A program made the translations under genes and the position numbers. The notes below the pieces were generated by a model. The model was not told where the DNA came from. It did no database searches and worked only from the letters and a program-made list of their open reading frames with translations. This document shows, piece after piece, positions 47,346 through 57,630 of a stretch of DNA of 64,000 nucleotides (within the stretch, counting starts at the first letter, position 1; each line of letters begins with the position of its first letter). Origin of the DNA: Myxococcota bacterium (GTDB lineage Bacteria; Myxococcota_A; UBA9160; JAFDDA01); contig OZ245817.1 of the NCBI GenBank assembly GCA_965228475.1, forward strand, positions 4,288,001-4,352,000, read 5' to 3'.

Positions 47346-48403
47346 GCTGCGAGCTTCTCCGTCACGAGGCGGGAAAGGTAGTCGACGAGCGGGATCACCC
47401 GCCGGTAGTTCATGTGGCGCGGCCCGAGCACGCCGAGCACCCCGAGCGGCGCCTCCGGGTCGCCGTAGGGCGCCGTCACGATGGCGCAGCGTTCGAGTCC
47501 CACGCCTTCGGACTCCCCGCCGAACGAGAGCTTCACGCCGCCCGAGTCGATCACGCGATCGAGGAGCGCCACGAGCTGCTCCTTGGTCTCTACGGCTTCC
47601 AGGAGCTCCCGCATGAGCGCCGGATCGGCCTCGGGCTGGTCGAGCAGGGCGAGGCGGGTCGCGACGACGAGGTCGTCGCCCGGGTCTTCGAGAGTGGCGA
47701 GGGCCGCGGCGCCGATCCGCGCAGCGCGCTCGGCGAGGTCGGCCGCGCGGCGGCGCAGGTGGGCCGCCTCCCGGGCGAGCTGGCTCCGCATGTCGACGAG
47801 GCTCGAGCCGACGATGCGCGCGTTGAGCTCCGCGGCGACGCGGTCGAGCTCGGCCTGATCGCCCCAGCCGTCGTCGGCGACGACGCGCCGGTGCGTGACA
47901 CCCGTTCGTGTCACGAGCACGACCAGCACGCGCTCCTGCGCGAGGCGGACGAGCGAGAGATGACGCAGCACGATCCGCCCGACCCGGGGCGTCAGCACGA
48001 AGCCGAGCTGGTGGCTGCGCATCGAGAGCGTGCGCGACGCCTCGTGCATCACGCCCTCGCCGGTCGGCTCGTCGAAGGCGCCGGCGATCTCCCGGCACTC
48101 GAGGTCCGCGAGCCGCGGCGCGCCGATCAGCTCCGTCACGAAGCGACGCAGGCCATCCTCGGTGGGCATGCTGCCCGAAGAGGGATGCGGCTTGTCGACG
48201 AGACCGAGGCGCGTCAATTCCCCGAGCGTGGTGCGGATGCTCGCGGCCGAGAGCGATTCCGGAAGCAGGCGCGAGAGCGTGGGCGAGCCGATCGGGCCGC
48301 CGTCCCCGACGAAGGCACCGACGACCGCGCGCAGCACCATCGCCTGGCGCGCGGAGAGCGCGTCGGTAGCGCCGGTCGGGGGCTTCGGATTCGATGCGGC
48401 CAC
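47342..48403 (-). CDS. hrcA: Heat-inducible transcription repressor HrcA (divergent DNA-binding motif)
   Basis: PIGS..L, LSAASIR, PH.SSG..PT, GVLGP..MNY; first gene of grpE-dnaK-dnaJ operon. Confidence 0.92.
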   Translation of the reverse strand: MAASNPKPPTGATDALSARQAMVLRAVVGAFVGDGGPIGSPTLSRLLPESLSAASIRTTLGELTRLGLVDKPHPSSGSMPTEDGLRRFVTELIGAPRLADLECREIAGAFDEPTGEGVMHEASRTLSMRSHQLGFVLTPRVGRIVLRHLSLVRLAQERVLVVLVTRTGVTHRRVVADDGWGDQAELDRVAAELNARIVGSSLVDMRSQLAREAAHLRRRAADLAERAARIGAAALATLEDPGDDLVVATRLALLDQPEADPALMRELLEAVETKEQLVALLDRVIDSGGVKLSFGGESEGVGLERCAIVTAPYGDPEAPLGVLGVLGPRHMNYRRVIPLVDYLSRLVTEKLAA

Positions 48404-48522
48404 GGATCGAAAACCTCAATGAAATCCATAGGATTGGTAACACAGGCCGGGCCGGGGCGGCAAAGGTTTCGGCCCGGGCGCGCCCGCTTTTCCGGCCCGC
48501 CCCGGGCGAGCGGCCCGGAGGC

Positions 48523-49767
48523 TCAGACGAACCTCTCGAAGACCGAGTCGGAGAGCAGGCGGCCGCGCGGCGTGAGCCGGATCACGCCCTCGCGGGTTCG
48601 CGAGAGCAGGCCTGCGGCCCGGAGCTCCTCGAACTCCGTTTGGAACCAGCGCTCGGGCGGCGACCCGAACTCGGCCTCGAAACGCGCGGGGTCGAGGCCG
48701 TCCTCGGTGCGCAGGGCGAGAAAGACGGCTTCGCCCCGGGCCGTCTCCGGCGCCAGGACCTCGGCGGGGCCCGCCTCGGGGGATTCCCCCGCGTGCACCC
48801 GGGCCAGGTAGGCGTCCACGGCCCGGAGGTTCTGGCGGCGGGCGCCGTGGGGGGCCGCCGCGCTGCGCGGCTCGGTCGAGTGGGCCCCGACGCCGACGGC
48901 CAGCACGGGCTCCCGGCGCCAGTAGCGGGAGTTGTGGCGGCTGCGGTGGCCGGGGCGGGCGTGACTCGAGATCTCGTAGGGCTCGAGCCCGGCGGCGGCG
49001 AGGCGTTCGCCGACGTGTTCGTAGGCGTCGGCGGTGGTGTCGTCGGGGGGCGGCGCGAGCCGGCCCTCGGCCAGGGCCCGGCCGAAGGGCGTCCCGGGCT
49101 CGAAGGTGAGCGCGTAGGCCGAGACGTGCTCCGGCGCGAAGGCGGCGACGGCAGCGAGATCCGCATCGAGGGCGGCCCGGGTCTGGTCCGGGACGCCGAA
49201 GATCAGGTCGAGGGAGATCTCGTCGAAGCCCGCGGCGCGCGCGGCGGCCAGGGTGGCGTGGGCCTCTTCGGCGCGGTGGGCGCGGCCGAGTCGGCGCAGC
49301 ACGAGGTCGTCGAAGGATTGCACGCCGACCGAGAGCCGGTTCACCCCGGCCGCCCGGAAGGCCGGGAGGCGCTCGCGCTCGACCGTGCTCGGGTTGACCT
49401 CGAGCGTGACCTCGACGGGTGTCGCGGTGCGCGCCGGGAAGAGTCCGTCGACGGCGGCGAGCAGCCGGGCGACGGAGTCCGCGCCGAGGAGCGAGGGCGT
49501 GCCTCCGCCGAAGTAGATCGTGGCGAGGGCGAGCCCGGCGAAGTCCGCGTGGCGCTCGGTGATCTCCTGGATCAAGGCCTCGACGTAGGCGGCCTCGCGC
49601 TCGGGCCGCAGCGGGCGCGCCGCCTCGACGGCGAAATCGCAATAGGGGCACACGCGCTCGCAGAAGGGCACGTGCAGGTAGACACCGACGGTCTGGTCGA
49701 CGACCCGCGGCGGGGCGGCGCCGGCCGGGGCCGATTCTCGCGGGGTCTCGTCCTCGATGCGCGCCAT
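48523..49767 (-). CDS. hemW: Radical SAM heme chaperone HemW
   Basis: YLHVPFC...CPYCDF, IYFGGGTPS, RLSVGVQS, YEISS, HN..YW; upstream of hrcA. Confidence 0.92.
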   Translation of the reverse strand: MARIEDETPRESAPAGAAPPRVVDQTVGVYLHVPFCERVCPYCDFAVEAARPLRPEREAAYVEALIQEITERHADFAGLALATIYFGGGTPSLLGADSVARLLAAVDGLFPARTATPVEVTLEVNPSTVERERLPAFRAAGVNRLSVGVQSFDDLVLRRLGRAHRAEEAHATLAAARAAGFDEISLDLIFGVPDQTRAALDADLAAVAAFAPEHVSAYALTFEPGTPFGRALAEGRLAPPPDDTTADAYEHVGERLAAAGLEPYEISSHARPGHRSRHNSRYWRREPVLAVGVGAHSTEPRSAAAPHGARRQNLRAVDAYLARVHAGESPEAGPAEVLAPETARGEAVFLALRTEDGLDPARFEAEFGSPPERWFQTEFEELRAAGLLSRTREGVIRLTPRGRLLSDSVFERFV

Positions 49768-49794
49768 CCCGGGGGAGGGTACCTTGCCGCGGAT

Positions 49795-52359
49795 TTGAGC
49801 GAGCCCCGCATCCACTTCGAAACCCTCCCGAACGGGCTGACCCTGCTCCTGCGAGAGGCCCACGCGGCGCCCGTCGCGAGCCTCCAGATCTGGACGCGCG
49901 TGGGCTCCGCCGACGAGCGGCCCCACGAAGCGGGCCTCGCGCACTTCCACGAACACATGCTCTTCAAGGGCACCGAGCGGCGCGGCGTCGGCGAGATCGC
50001 CGGGGAAGTGGAGGGCGTCGGCGGTCAGATCAACGCCTTCACCACCTTCGACGCGACGGTCTACTACGCGACGCTCCCCTCGGACGCCCTCGGCGCCGGC
50101 CTCGACGTGCTCACCGATGCGGTCCGCCACTCGATCTTCGACGAGGCCGAGATCGAGCGCGAGATCGGCGTCGTGCTCGAAGAGATCCACCGCTCGAACG
50201 ACACGCCGGGCCACGTGATCAGCGACGCCGTCTTCGCCGAGGCCTACCACGTGCATCCCTACCGGGGCCCGATTCTCGGCAGCGAGGCGAGCGTCTCCTC
50301 GATCACGCGCGAGCGGCTGCGCGACTTCTTCGGGCGCTGGTACGCACCGGACCACTTCACCGTCGTCGCCGTCGGGGACTTCGATGCCGGCGACTTCGCC
50401 GAGGAAGTGAAGGCCGCGTTCGCCGATGCCGAGCCGAGCGGCACCCAGCGCAGCCGGCCGCCGGAGCCGCCGCAGCAAGCGCTCCGCGCGCTCTGCCTCG
50501 ACCGCGACTTCGAGCGCACCTCCCTCGATCTGTCCTGGAAGACGACGGCACTCGCGCACCCGGACACGCCGCACCTCGACCTGCTCGCCTTCGTGCTCGG
50601 CGAAGGGGATTCCTCGCGGCTCTTCCAGCACGTGAAGGAGCGCGACGGCCTGGCCGACCGCATCGACGCGTCCTCCTACACGCCCTTCGAACCAGGCCTC
50701 TTCTCGGTGACGGTGGACCTCGACAGCGAGCGCGTGCTTTCGTGCCTCGAGGCCGTCGCCCGCGAAATCGAGCGCGTGCGCTGCGAGCCGCCCTCGCTCG
50801 ACGAGCTCGAAAAGGCCCGCGCGAACTTCCTGGCGAGCACGCACTTCGAGCGCGAGAGCGTCGGCGGGATGGCGGGCAAGCTCGGCAACTTCCACGTCTT
50901 CGGCGGCGACTACCGGCTCGAGGAACGCTACCTCCAGGCCATCCGCGAGGCCGCGCCCGAGGATCTCCGGCGCGTGGCCCAGCGCTATCTCGGCAACGAG
51001 CAGCTCACCGCCGGCGTGCTGCGCGGACGGCCCGAAGGCGCGCCGCTCGGCGAGAAGCCCATCCGCAACGCCGTCGAGCGTGGCGCGCGCAACGCCACGC
51101 GCCGGCTGCGCGCGCGCGCGACGCAGGAGACCGGCGACATCGCGAGCTTCGAGCTCGGCTGCGGCGCGCGCCTCTACGTCCGGCCCCAGCGCGACGTGCC
51201 GGTCGTCGCCCTGCGCGGCGCGCTGCGCGGCGGACTCCTCGCCGAGACCCCGGCCCAGGCGGGCATCGGCCAGTTCATGACCGAGAGCTGGCTGCGTGGC
51301 ACGCGCACGCGCTCCTCGGCGGAGCTCGCGCGCTCGATCGAAGCCATGGCCGCGGACATCGACGGCTTCTCCGGGCGCAACAGCCTCGGCCTCACGCTCG
51401 ACGCGACGAGCGACCGCCTGGAAGCGGGCCTCGACCTCTACGCCGAGATCCTCCTCTCGCCGGCCTTCGAGGCGGGCGAGATCGAGCGGCAGCGCAGCGA
51501 CACCCTCGCCGCCCTCGCGCGCCGGGAAGATCGGCTCGGCGCCCGCGCCTTCGACCTCTTCCAGGGCGCACTCTACGGCGGCCACCCCTACGCGATGCCG
51601 CTCGTCGGCAACGAAGCGAGCGTGCGCGCCCTCGACCGGGAGGCGCTGCTCGAACATCACGGCCGGCTCGTGCGCGGGCCGAACCTCGTCTTCGGCATCG
51701 CCGGGGACGTCGATCCGGAACACGTCGCCGAAGGGCTCTCACGCAGGCTCTCGGAGCTCCCGGACGAAGCGAGCCAGCCGGCGGAGCCGCCGCTCGCCGC
51801 CTGGCCCCCGCCGAGCCAGGACGTCGAGGCGCGCAAGGACCGCGAGCAGGCGCACCTCGTCGTCGGCTTCCCGGGCCTCACGCTGCTCGACCCGGACCGC
51901 CACGCCCTCGAGGTGATCTCGCAGCTCCTCGCGGGCCAGGGCGGCCGGCTCTTCCTCGAGCTGCGCGACAAGAAGAGCCTCGCCTACTCGGTCTCCGCGT
52001 CGAACGTCGAGGGCATCGCGCCGGGCTTCTTCGCCACCTACATCGCGACCTCGCCCGAACGCCTCGACGAAGCGCGCGAGGGCATGTTCACCGAGCTCGC
52101 GAAGCTCCTCGAGGGCCCGCCCGAGGAAGCCGAGATCGAGCGCGCGCGCCGCTATCTCGTCGGCAGCCACGCGATCGAGGAGCAGCGCAGCGGGAGCCGC
52201 GCCCTCCATCTGGCGCTCGACGCCCTCTACGGCCTCGGGCCGGACGCGAGCGCGCGCTACGCCGAGGCCGTCCGCAGCGTCACGCCGGCGGACGTGCAGC
52301 GCGTGGCGGCGCGGGTGATCGACTTCGACCACCGCATCACCGCGACGATCCTTCCTTAG
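49795..52359 (+). CDS. M16 (pitrilysin-family) zinc peptidase, two-domain fusion
   Basis: LPNGL, GLAHFHEHMLFKG (HxxEH), second inactive M16 half; TTG start. Confidence 0.92.
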   Translation: MSEPRIHFETLPNGLTLLLREAHAAPVASLQIWTRVGSADERPHEAGLAHFHEHMLFKGTERRGVGEIAGEVEGVGGQINAFTTFDATVYYATLPSDALGAGLDVLTDAVRHSIFDEAEIEREIGVVLEEIHRSNDTPGHVISDAVFAEAYHVHPYRGPILGSEASVSSITRERLRDFFGRWYAPDHFTVVAVGDFDAGDFAEEVKAAFADAEPSGTQRSRPPEPPQQALRALCLDRDFERTSLDLSWKTTALAHPDTPHLDLLAFVLGEGDSSRLFQHVKERDGLADRIDASSYTPFEPGLFSVTVDLDSERVLSCLEAVAREIERVRCEPPSLDELEKARANFLASTHFERESVGGMAGKLGNFHVFGGDYRLEERYLQAIREAAPEDLRRVAQRYLGNEQLTAGVLRGRPEGAPLGEKPIRNAVERGARNATRRLRARATQETGDIASFELGCGARLYVRPQRDVPVVALRGALRGGLLAETPAQAGIGQFMTESWLRGTRTRSSAELARSIEAMAADIDGFSGRNSLGLTLDATSDRLEAGLDLYAEILLSPAFEAGEIERQRSDTLAALARREDRLGARAFDLFQGALYGGHPYAMPLVGNEASVRALDREALLEHHGRLVRGPNLVFGIAGDVDPEHVAEGLSRRLSELPDEASQPAEPPLAAWPPPSQDVEARKDREQAHLVVGFPGLTLLDPDRHALEVISQLLAGQGGRLFLELRDKKSLAYSVSASNVEGIAPGFFATYIATSPERLDEAREGMFTELAKLLEGPPEEAEIERARRYLVGSHAIEEQRSGSRALHLALDALYGLGPDASARYAEAVRSVTPADVQRVAARVIDFDHRITATILP

Positions 52360-54104
52360 TAGGGGACGGCGGCGCCGTCGGTCCGCGGGTCGGTTCCGCC
52401 GTAGTGGAGTCCGCTCTCCGGGTCGATCACGATCGCCTGGGCGCTCGACCAGTTGCGCTCCGAGATCTCGACCGGATGCCCGCGCCGGCGGAGCGCGTCG
52501 ACCACGTCGGCCGGCACGGCCTCCTCGACGAGCAGGCGATCCGGCACCCACTGGTGGTGGTAGCGCGGCGCCGAGACGGCCTCCTGCACGTCCATGCCGT
52601 GGTCGATCACGTTCAGGATGGTGAGCAGGGTCGTCGTGATGATGCGCGGCCCGCCGGGGCTCCCGGTGACCATGAAGGGCTTGCCGTCGCGCATGACGAT
52701 GCTCGGGGTCATGCTCGAGAGCGGGCGCTTGCCGGGTGCGACGGCGTTGGCGCCGCGCGTATCGACCAGCCCGAACGCGTTCGGGCGGTTCGGCGCGATC
52801 GAGAAGTCGTCCATCTCGTTGTTCAGGATGATTCCGGTGCCGCGCACCGTGACCCCGGAACCGTAGGTCAGGTTGATCGTCTGGGTGATCGCGACGGCGT
52901 TGCCCTCGGCATCCGTCGTCGAGAGATGCATCGTGCCCGCGTCCTCTTGCGGAAGGCCCGGCCCCTCGACCGTGATCGCCCGCTCGCGGCCCCAGTGCCA
53001 GGGCGCCTTGCGCCAGAAGGGCGGCAGCAGGCGGGCGCGCAGGCGGTCCGCGTAGGCCATGGACGTGAGCTCGGCCGTGGGGACGTCGACGAAGTCCGAA
53101 TCGCCCAGGTAGGCGGCGCGGTCCGCGAAGGCGAGCTTCATGGCCTCGGCCACGCGGTGCATGGCGGCCGAGCTGCCGGCGCCGAGCGGCGCGAGTTCGA
53201 AGCCCGAGAGGATGTTCAGGATCTCGACGAGGGCGATGCCGCCGGAAGACGGCGGAGGGAACGAGACCACCTCGTAGCCGCGGTAGCTCCCGCGGATCGG
53301 ATCCCGCAGCTTCGGCTCGTAGGCCGCGAGGTCCGCCTCCGTCACGAGACCGCCGCGCCGCTCCATCTCCGCGGCGATCGCGCGGGCGATCCGGCCCTCG
53401 TAGAACCCCTTCGGGCCCTCGGCCGCGATCGTGCGCAGGGTCTCGGCGAGTTCGGGCTGGCGCAGCACCCAGCCGGCGCGGGCGGGCTCGCCCTCGGGCG
53501 GGAGCTGGATCGCGGCCGTCTCCGGGAAGCGCTTGGCGAGCCCGTACTTCCGCCAGCGTTCCATGGTGCGCGCGTGGCGCGGGCCGACGGGGAAGCCTTC
53601 TTCCGCGAGTTCGATGGCTGGCGCGAGCACCTCGGCCAGGGAGAGCTTGCCGTAGCGCTCGAGCGCGAGGGCCGCGCCCGCGACCATGCCCGGCACGCCC
53701 ACCGCGAGCGCGCCCCAGCGCGACGCGTCTTCGGCCACGCCTTCGCGGACGTACATGTCGCGGTCCGCCGCGGCCGGAGCCGTCTCGCGTGCGTCGAGGG
53801 CGACCACCTCGCCCGAAGCCAGGCGGATCAGCAGGAAGCCGCCGCCGCCGATCCCCGAGTGGTAGGGGTCGGTGACGCCGAGGGCGAACGAGGCGGCGAT
53901 CGCCGCGTCGATGGCGTTGCCGCCTCGGGCGAGCATCGCCTGGCCGGCCTCCGCCGCACGGGCTTCCCCGGTGACGACCATCCCGCGCGTGCCCTCGGCC
54001 GGCGCCGTGGCCGCAGCGCGGGCGCCGGGCGCCGGGGCCCCGAGGGCCAGCGCCAGACCGAGAAGGAGCCAGACCACCGGACGGGGACGTGCGCATCTCG
54101 CCAT
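52356..54104 (-). CDS. ggt: Gamma-glutamyltransferase
   Basis: Signal peptide, GGNAIDAAIA, LDARETAP, catalytic T(MH), LNNEMDDF, RPLSSM, GSPGG. Confidence 0.95.
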   Translation of the reverse strand: MARCARPRPVVWLLLGLALALGAPAPGARAAATAPAEGTRGMVVTGEARAAEAGQAMLARGGNAIDAAIAASFALGVTDPYHSGIGGGGFLLIRLASGEVVALDARETAPAAADRDMYVREGVAEDASRWGALAVGVPGMVAGAALALERYGKLSLAEVLAPAIELAEEGFPVGPRHARTMERWRKYGLAKRFPETAAIQLPPEGEPARAGWVLRQPELAETLRTIAAEGPKGFYEGRIARAIAAEMERRGGLVTEADLAAYEPKLRDPIRGSYRGYEVVSFPPPSSGGIALVEILNILSGFELAPLGAGSSAAMHRVAEAMKLAFADRAAYLGDSDFVDVPTAELTSMAYADRLRARLLPPFWRKAPWHWGRERAITVEGPGLPQEDAGTMHLSTTDAEGNAVAITQTINLTYGSGVTVRGTGIILNNEMDDFSIAPNRPNAFGLVDTRGANAVAPGKRPLSSMTPSIVMRDGKPFMVTGSPGGPRIITTTLLTILNVIDHGMDVQEAVSAPRYHHQWVPDRLLVEEAVPADVVDALRRRGHPVEISERNWSSAQAIVIDPESGLHYGGTDPRTDGAAVPY

Positions 54105-54286
54105 GGCGCGAACGCTAACACACGGAGGCGGTTCGCCCGATGCAACGCCTGGAGGGGGAGAGGGCCGGCCGAGCGGGCCACCGAAGCCGCACGGAACGGA
54201 TCCCGGCGATGCAACGTCTTGACAACGGACGACGCCGATCGCTACCGGCGTCGTGCAGGGAGGCGCGAGCGGACATGAGGGAAGGG

Positions 54287-55027
54287 ATGGCAACACTCGG
54301 CCGACGAACGTTCATCGGATGCCTCGGGGCGCTGGCCCTCGGGCTCGGCGCGTGCGGGGGCGGAAGCGAACCCGCAGAAGAAGCGGCGAGCGAGCCGGTC
54401 CCGGCCGACGACCCCGCCACCGCCGCCGAGCTCGCCCGGATCGACGACGAGATCGCCGTGATCGCCGTCGAGGGCGTCGGCGAGATCGCCATCGAGCTGC
54501 TGGTCGGCGTCGCTCCGGAGACCGTCGCCAACTTCAAGAAGCTCGCGAGCGAGGGCTTCTACGACGGCACGACCTTCCACCGCGTCGTCCCCGGCTTCAT
54601 GATCCAGGGCGGTGACCCCAACACGAAGGACCGCGACCCGCGCAACGACGGCCGCGGCGGCCCGGGCTACCGCATCCAGGACGAATTCAACGACACGCCC
54701 CACAAGCGGGGCGTCCTCTCCATGGCCAACAAGGGCAAGCCCGGAACCGCCGGGAGCCAGTTCTTCATCGTCGTCGACGACTCGCCCCACCTCGACCGCC
54801 AGTACACCGCCTTCGGGCGGGTCGTCTCCGGCATCGAGGTGGCGGACAAGATCGTCGCCATGCCCCGCGACAAGCACGGCCGCCACGGCCCCCAGAACCG
54901 CCCCCTCGAAGACGTGGTCATGACCGTCCGGCTCGAGCCGGCGGCGGCACCCGAGGGTGAGGAAGACGAGATGGCCGGCGAAGCCCCGCCGGCCGACGAG
55001 GCGGCCCCCCAGGCCGAGGCCGGCTAG
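54287..55027 (+). CDS. Cyclophilin-type peptidyl-prolyl isomerase, lipoprotein
   Basis: RRTF + LGAC signal, FHRVVPGFMIQGGD, SMAN, GSQFFI, YTAFG. Confidence 0.92.
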   Translation: MATLGRRTFIGCLGALALGLGACGGGSEPAEEAASEPVPADDPATAAELARIDDEIAVIAVEGVGEIAIELLVGVAPETVANFKKLASEGFYDGTTFHRVVPGFMIQGGDPNTKDRDPRNDGRGGPGYRIQDEFNDTPHKRGVLSMANKGKPGTAGSQFFIVVDDSPHLDRQYTAFGRVVSGIEVADKIVAMPRDKHGRHGPQNRPLEDVVMTVRLEPAAAPEGEEDEMAGEAPPADEAAPQAEAG

Positions 55028-55128
55028 CCCGGCTCGGCGCCGCGGCCGCGGAGCCCTTCGGGCGCCATCCGGCCACCGATCGATTTCCTAGCCGCGCCCC
55101 ACCCCCGGAGCTAGACTCGGCGCCCCGT

Positions 55129-55204
55129 GGCCCGGTAGCTCAGTTGGTAGAGCACGCGACTGAAAATCGCGGTGTCGACAGTTCGATTCTGTCCTGGGCC
55201 ACCA
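55129..55204 (+). tRNA. tRNA-Phe (GAA)
   Basis: 76-nt cloverleaf: GGCCCGG/CTGGGCC acceptor, D-loop AGTTGGTA, anticodon loop CTGAAAA, TTCGATT T-loop, encoded CCA; -10 TAGACT at 55112-55117. Confidence 0.97.
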
Positions 55205-55288
55205 CGGATTCTCGCGCCGTTTCCGGCGCGCGCGGCGCCCGGCCCCGGGCGGTGCGGGCCGAGCGCCGAACCCTCCTACGATCACGCC

Positions 55289-55597
55289 CTAGAGATCCTC
55301 GTCGAACCGTTCCTTCTCCCGCCGGTCCATCCGGCTGCGGTGGCCCTCCGGGATGCACACGACTTCCTCGCGGCGGATGCCGCAGGTGCCGGCGACCTCG
55401 GCGCCGCGGCGGCCCTCGAAGGCGCACGGGTCGCCCTCCTGGGCCGCTTCGCAGGCGGCGAAGGCTTCGGGCGGCGGGCCTCGGCGGCCGAGGCACTCCG
55501 ATTTCTCCTCGGCCTGGGCGCTCACGGCGACGAGCAGGCCCAGGGCCAGCGCCGCGCCCGCGACGGGGCCGACCTTCTCGAAACGTTTCCGGATCAT
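55289..55597 (-). CDS. Small secreted Cys-rich protein (GPPPEA..AC motif)
   Basis: Signal peptide ending AQA; five Cys in mature part. Confidence 0.7.
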   Translation of the reverse strand: MIRKRFEKVGPVAGAALALGLLVAVSAQAEEKSECLGRRGPPPEAFAACEAAQEGDPCAFEGRRGAEVAGTCGIRREEVVCIPEGHRSRMDRREKERFDEDL

Positions 55598-55645
55598 GTT
55601 CGCGTCCTTTCGTTCGTGGCCCAGCGGGCCGGTGGTGCTTTCGAG

Positions 55646-57433
55646 CTACCGGCGCGGGCGTTCGCCGCGGTCCGGGCCTTCGCCGCGGTCCGGGCCTTCG
55701 CCGCGGTCCTGCCGCGGGGCGACGTGGAAGACGTCGTCCGGAATCTCGCCTCCGATCTCGGTGTTGCGGCGGATGACGTCGGAGAGGCGGGTCCCCTCGA
55801 TCACCCGGCGCTCGACGGAGCCGAAGGGCCCCGCGTACCAGAAGCGGTCGCCGTCGCGCAGGGCGGCGAACTGCTGGCGCAGGATCGCGGTGAAGAGCGG
55901 GCCGAGCTGGCTCTCGCCGGCCGCGTCCTCGGCGAGGCCCCCGGCCCAGAGGTCGACGTCGTCGATGCTGTCGTAGGCCGCGGCGAGGCGCGCCTGCACC
56001 TCCGGATCGCTCGAGACGTCCGAGAAGTCCGTGGCCCGCGGCAGGCCGAAGGCTTCCCGCGCCGTGTTGTAGTCCGCGAGGCCGTGGTCGCGCCCGCGCT
56101 GGATGTTCAGCGAAGCGAGGTCGAAGCCACCGTCGCCGGGTTCGCCGAACAGGAAGTTTCGCACGTCGTCGATCACGCGGACGTCGATCCGCTGGTGCCG
56201 CTGATGCGCGAGGCCCCGAAGGATCGGTTCGATGCCACCCTCCTCGGTGATGCGCGTCGGGTCGAAGAATGCTTCGCGTAGCGGCAGGTTCCCGTCCGTG
56301 GTCTCACGCAGACGTTCGTCGAGCCGGAGCAGGGTCGGGCTGAGCGCGCTGTGCCCGAAGCGATAGGCCGCCGTCGAGAACTCGTTCAGGATCGTCGCCT
56401 GACGGACGGCGTCGTAGCCCCGGTAGGGCGGGAGCGGGTTCGGCCCGAGCAGCGCCGGCAGGAACTCGCGATAGGTGATGTGCTGCATGAGGGCGGCGAC
56501 GTGGTTGCGCGCGCGCTCGTAGATCTCGTCGCCGGAGAGCCGCGGCTCGCGCTCGGCGATCTCGCGCGCCAGCCGGTTGTGCTCGCGGACGAAGAGCGCG
56601 TGCATGGCCGCGAGCCCGACCTGCTCGTTGGCCCGCACGTCGCCCGCCAGGAACATGGGCTCGGACGATCCACCGGTGGCATTCGGCAGGCCTGCGTCGT
56701 TCCACGGGAGGAGGTCGCCCTCGCTCGTGCGGAGCTGGCCGGTGCCGTCGAGCGTGCGCAGCGCCTCGGCGCGCTCGGCGTCCGAACCGTAGACGTTCGA
56801 CGCGTCGATCCAGCCCGTGATCTCGTTCAGCTGTTCGCGCGGAGCATCGACGCCGCTCCCGGGATCGTAGACCGAGCGCCCGAAGAAGATCACGGCCTCG
56901 CCGGTTCCGTCCGGATCGAAGAACGGGTCGCCCGCCGGCACGGCGATGTGCACCCACTCCGGGGGCACGACGCCCTCCGTGAGATCGATGTCGTGGTCGA
57001 GGAACTGCCCCCACTGCCAGAGGAAGTCGCTCGTCCCGAACGGGTTCGGGATCTCCTCGGTCTGGTCGTTCACGAGGTTGCTGATCTCGCGCGCACTCCG
57101 GCGGCCCTGGCCCGCCAGCGTGGCGAGGCCGTCGCCGTAGGCGCTCGGCACCTCGCGCGCGAGCGGCTCGCCGGCGGCGTTCATCGCCGGGTCGATCAGA
57201 CTGTTGCCGCTGCCGTCGATGCTGCGGATCTCGAAACGCCCGGGCCCGCGCCGGTCGTTCCGGTCCGGGTCTCGTTCGAGGGGCGGCTCGACGCCGCGCG
57301 CCGAGCGCGGCTCTCCACCTCCCTGCTTGGCGGCGGACTGCGCCGTGACCGGGGAATCGAAAGACACGGCGGCGGCCGCGATCAGACTCAGCACGGCGAC
57401 GGGAACGAAACTTCGGATCGGCTTCGGATTCAT
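55646..57433 (-). CDS. Secreted heme peroxidase of the peroxidase-cyclooxygenase (animal-type) superfamily
   Basis: WGQFLDHD, GDVRANE, REHNRLA, AAYRFGH, NIQRGRDHG, RDGDRFWY; signal peptide. Confidence 0.93.
   Translation of the reverse strand: MNPKPIRSFVPVAVLSLIAAAAVSFDSPVTAQSAAKQGGGEPRSARGVEPPLERDPDRNDRRGPGRFEIRSIDGSGNSLIDPAMNAAGEPLAREVPSAYGDGLATLAGQGRRSAREISNLVNDQTEEIPNPFGTSDFLWQWGQFLDHDIDLTEGVVPPEWVHIAVPAGDPFFDPDGTGEAVIFFGRSVYDPGSGVDAPREQLNEITGWIDASNVYGSDAERAEALRTLDGTGQLRTSEGDLLPWNDAGLPNATGGSSEPMFLAGDVRANEQVGLAAMHALFVREHNRLAREIAEREPRLSGDEIYERARNHVAALMQHITYREFLPALLGPNPLPPYRGYDAVRQATILNEFSTAAYRFGHSALSPTLLRLDERLRETTDGNLPLREAFFDPTRITEEGGIEPILRGLAHQRHQRIDVRVIDDVRNFLFGEPGDGGFDLASLNIQRGRDHGLADYNTAREAFGLPRATDFSDVSSDPEVQARLAAAYDSIDDVDLWAGGLAEDAAGESQLGPLFTAILRQQFAALRDGDRFWYAGPFGSVERRVIEGTRLSDVIRRNTEIGGEIPDDVFHVAPRQDRGEGPDRGEGPDRGERPRR
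55661..55709. repeat. 18-bp tandem repeat (2.7 copies) at peroxidase 3' end
   Basis: TTCGCCGCGGTCCGGGCC unit encoding DRGEGP repeats. Confidence 0.85.
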
Positions 57434-57469
57434 CTCACCCTCCAGCGCGCAGAAGCGCGTTCTCCCCGG

Positions 57470-57501
57470 TTCGAACCGCGAGCGGGCGGGACGGTTGACG
57501 C
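57470..57501 (-). promoter_or_regulatory. Putative ECF-sigma promoter of peroxidase
   Basis: GCGTCAACCG-N17-TCGAA, same architecture as 59317-59348. Confidence 0.65.
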
Positions 57502-57630
57502 GAAGACGACACTTCTCAGCGACGGCGATCGCGATCACGGATCGCAACACGCAGCTCGACGCGAACCCCCGCAAGGAGGCTCACGAAGGCGCGTTCAACG
57601 AACGTTCAGTCGGTAACGCTCAGCCGTTCG

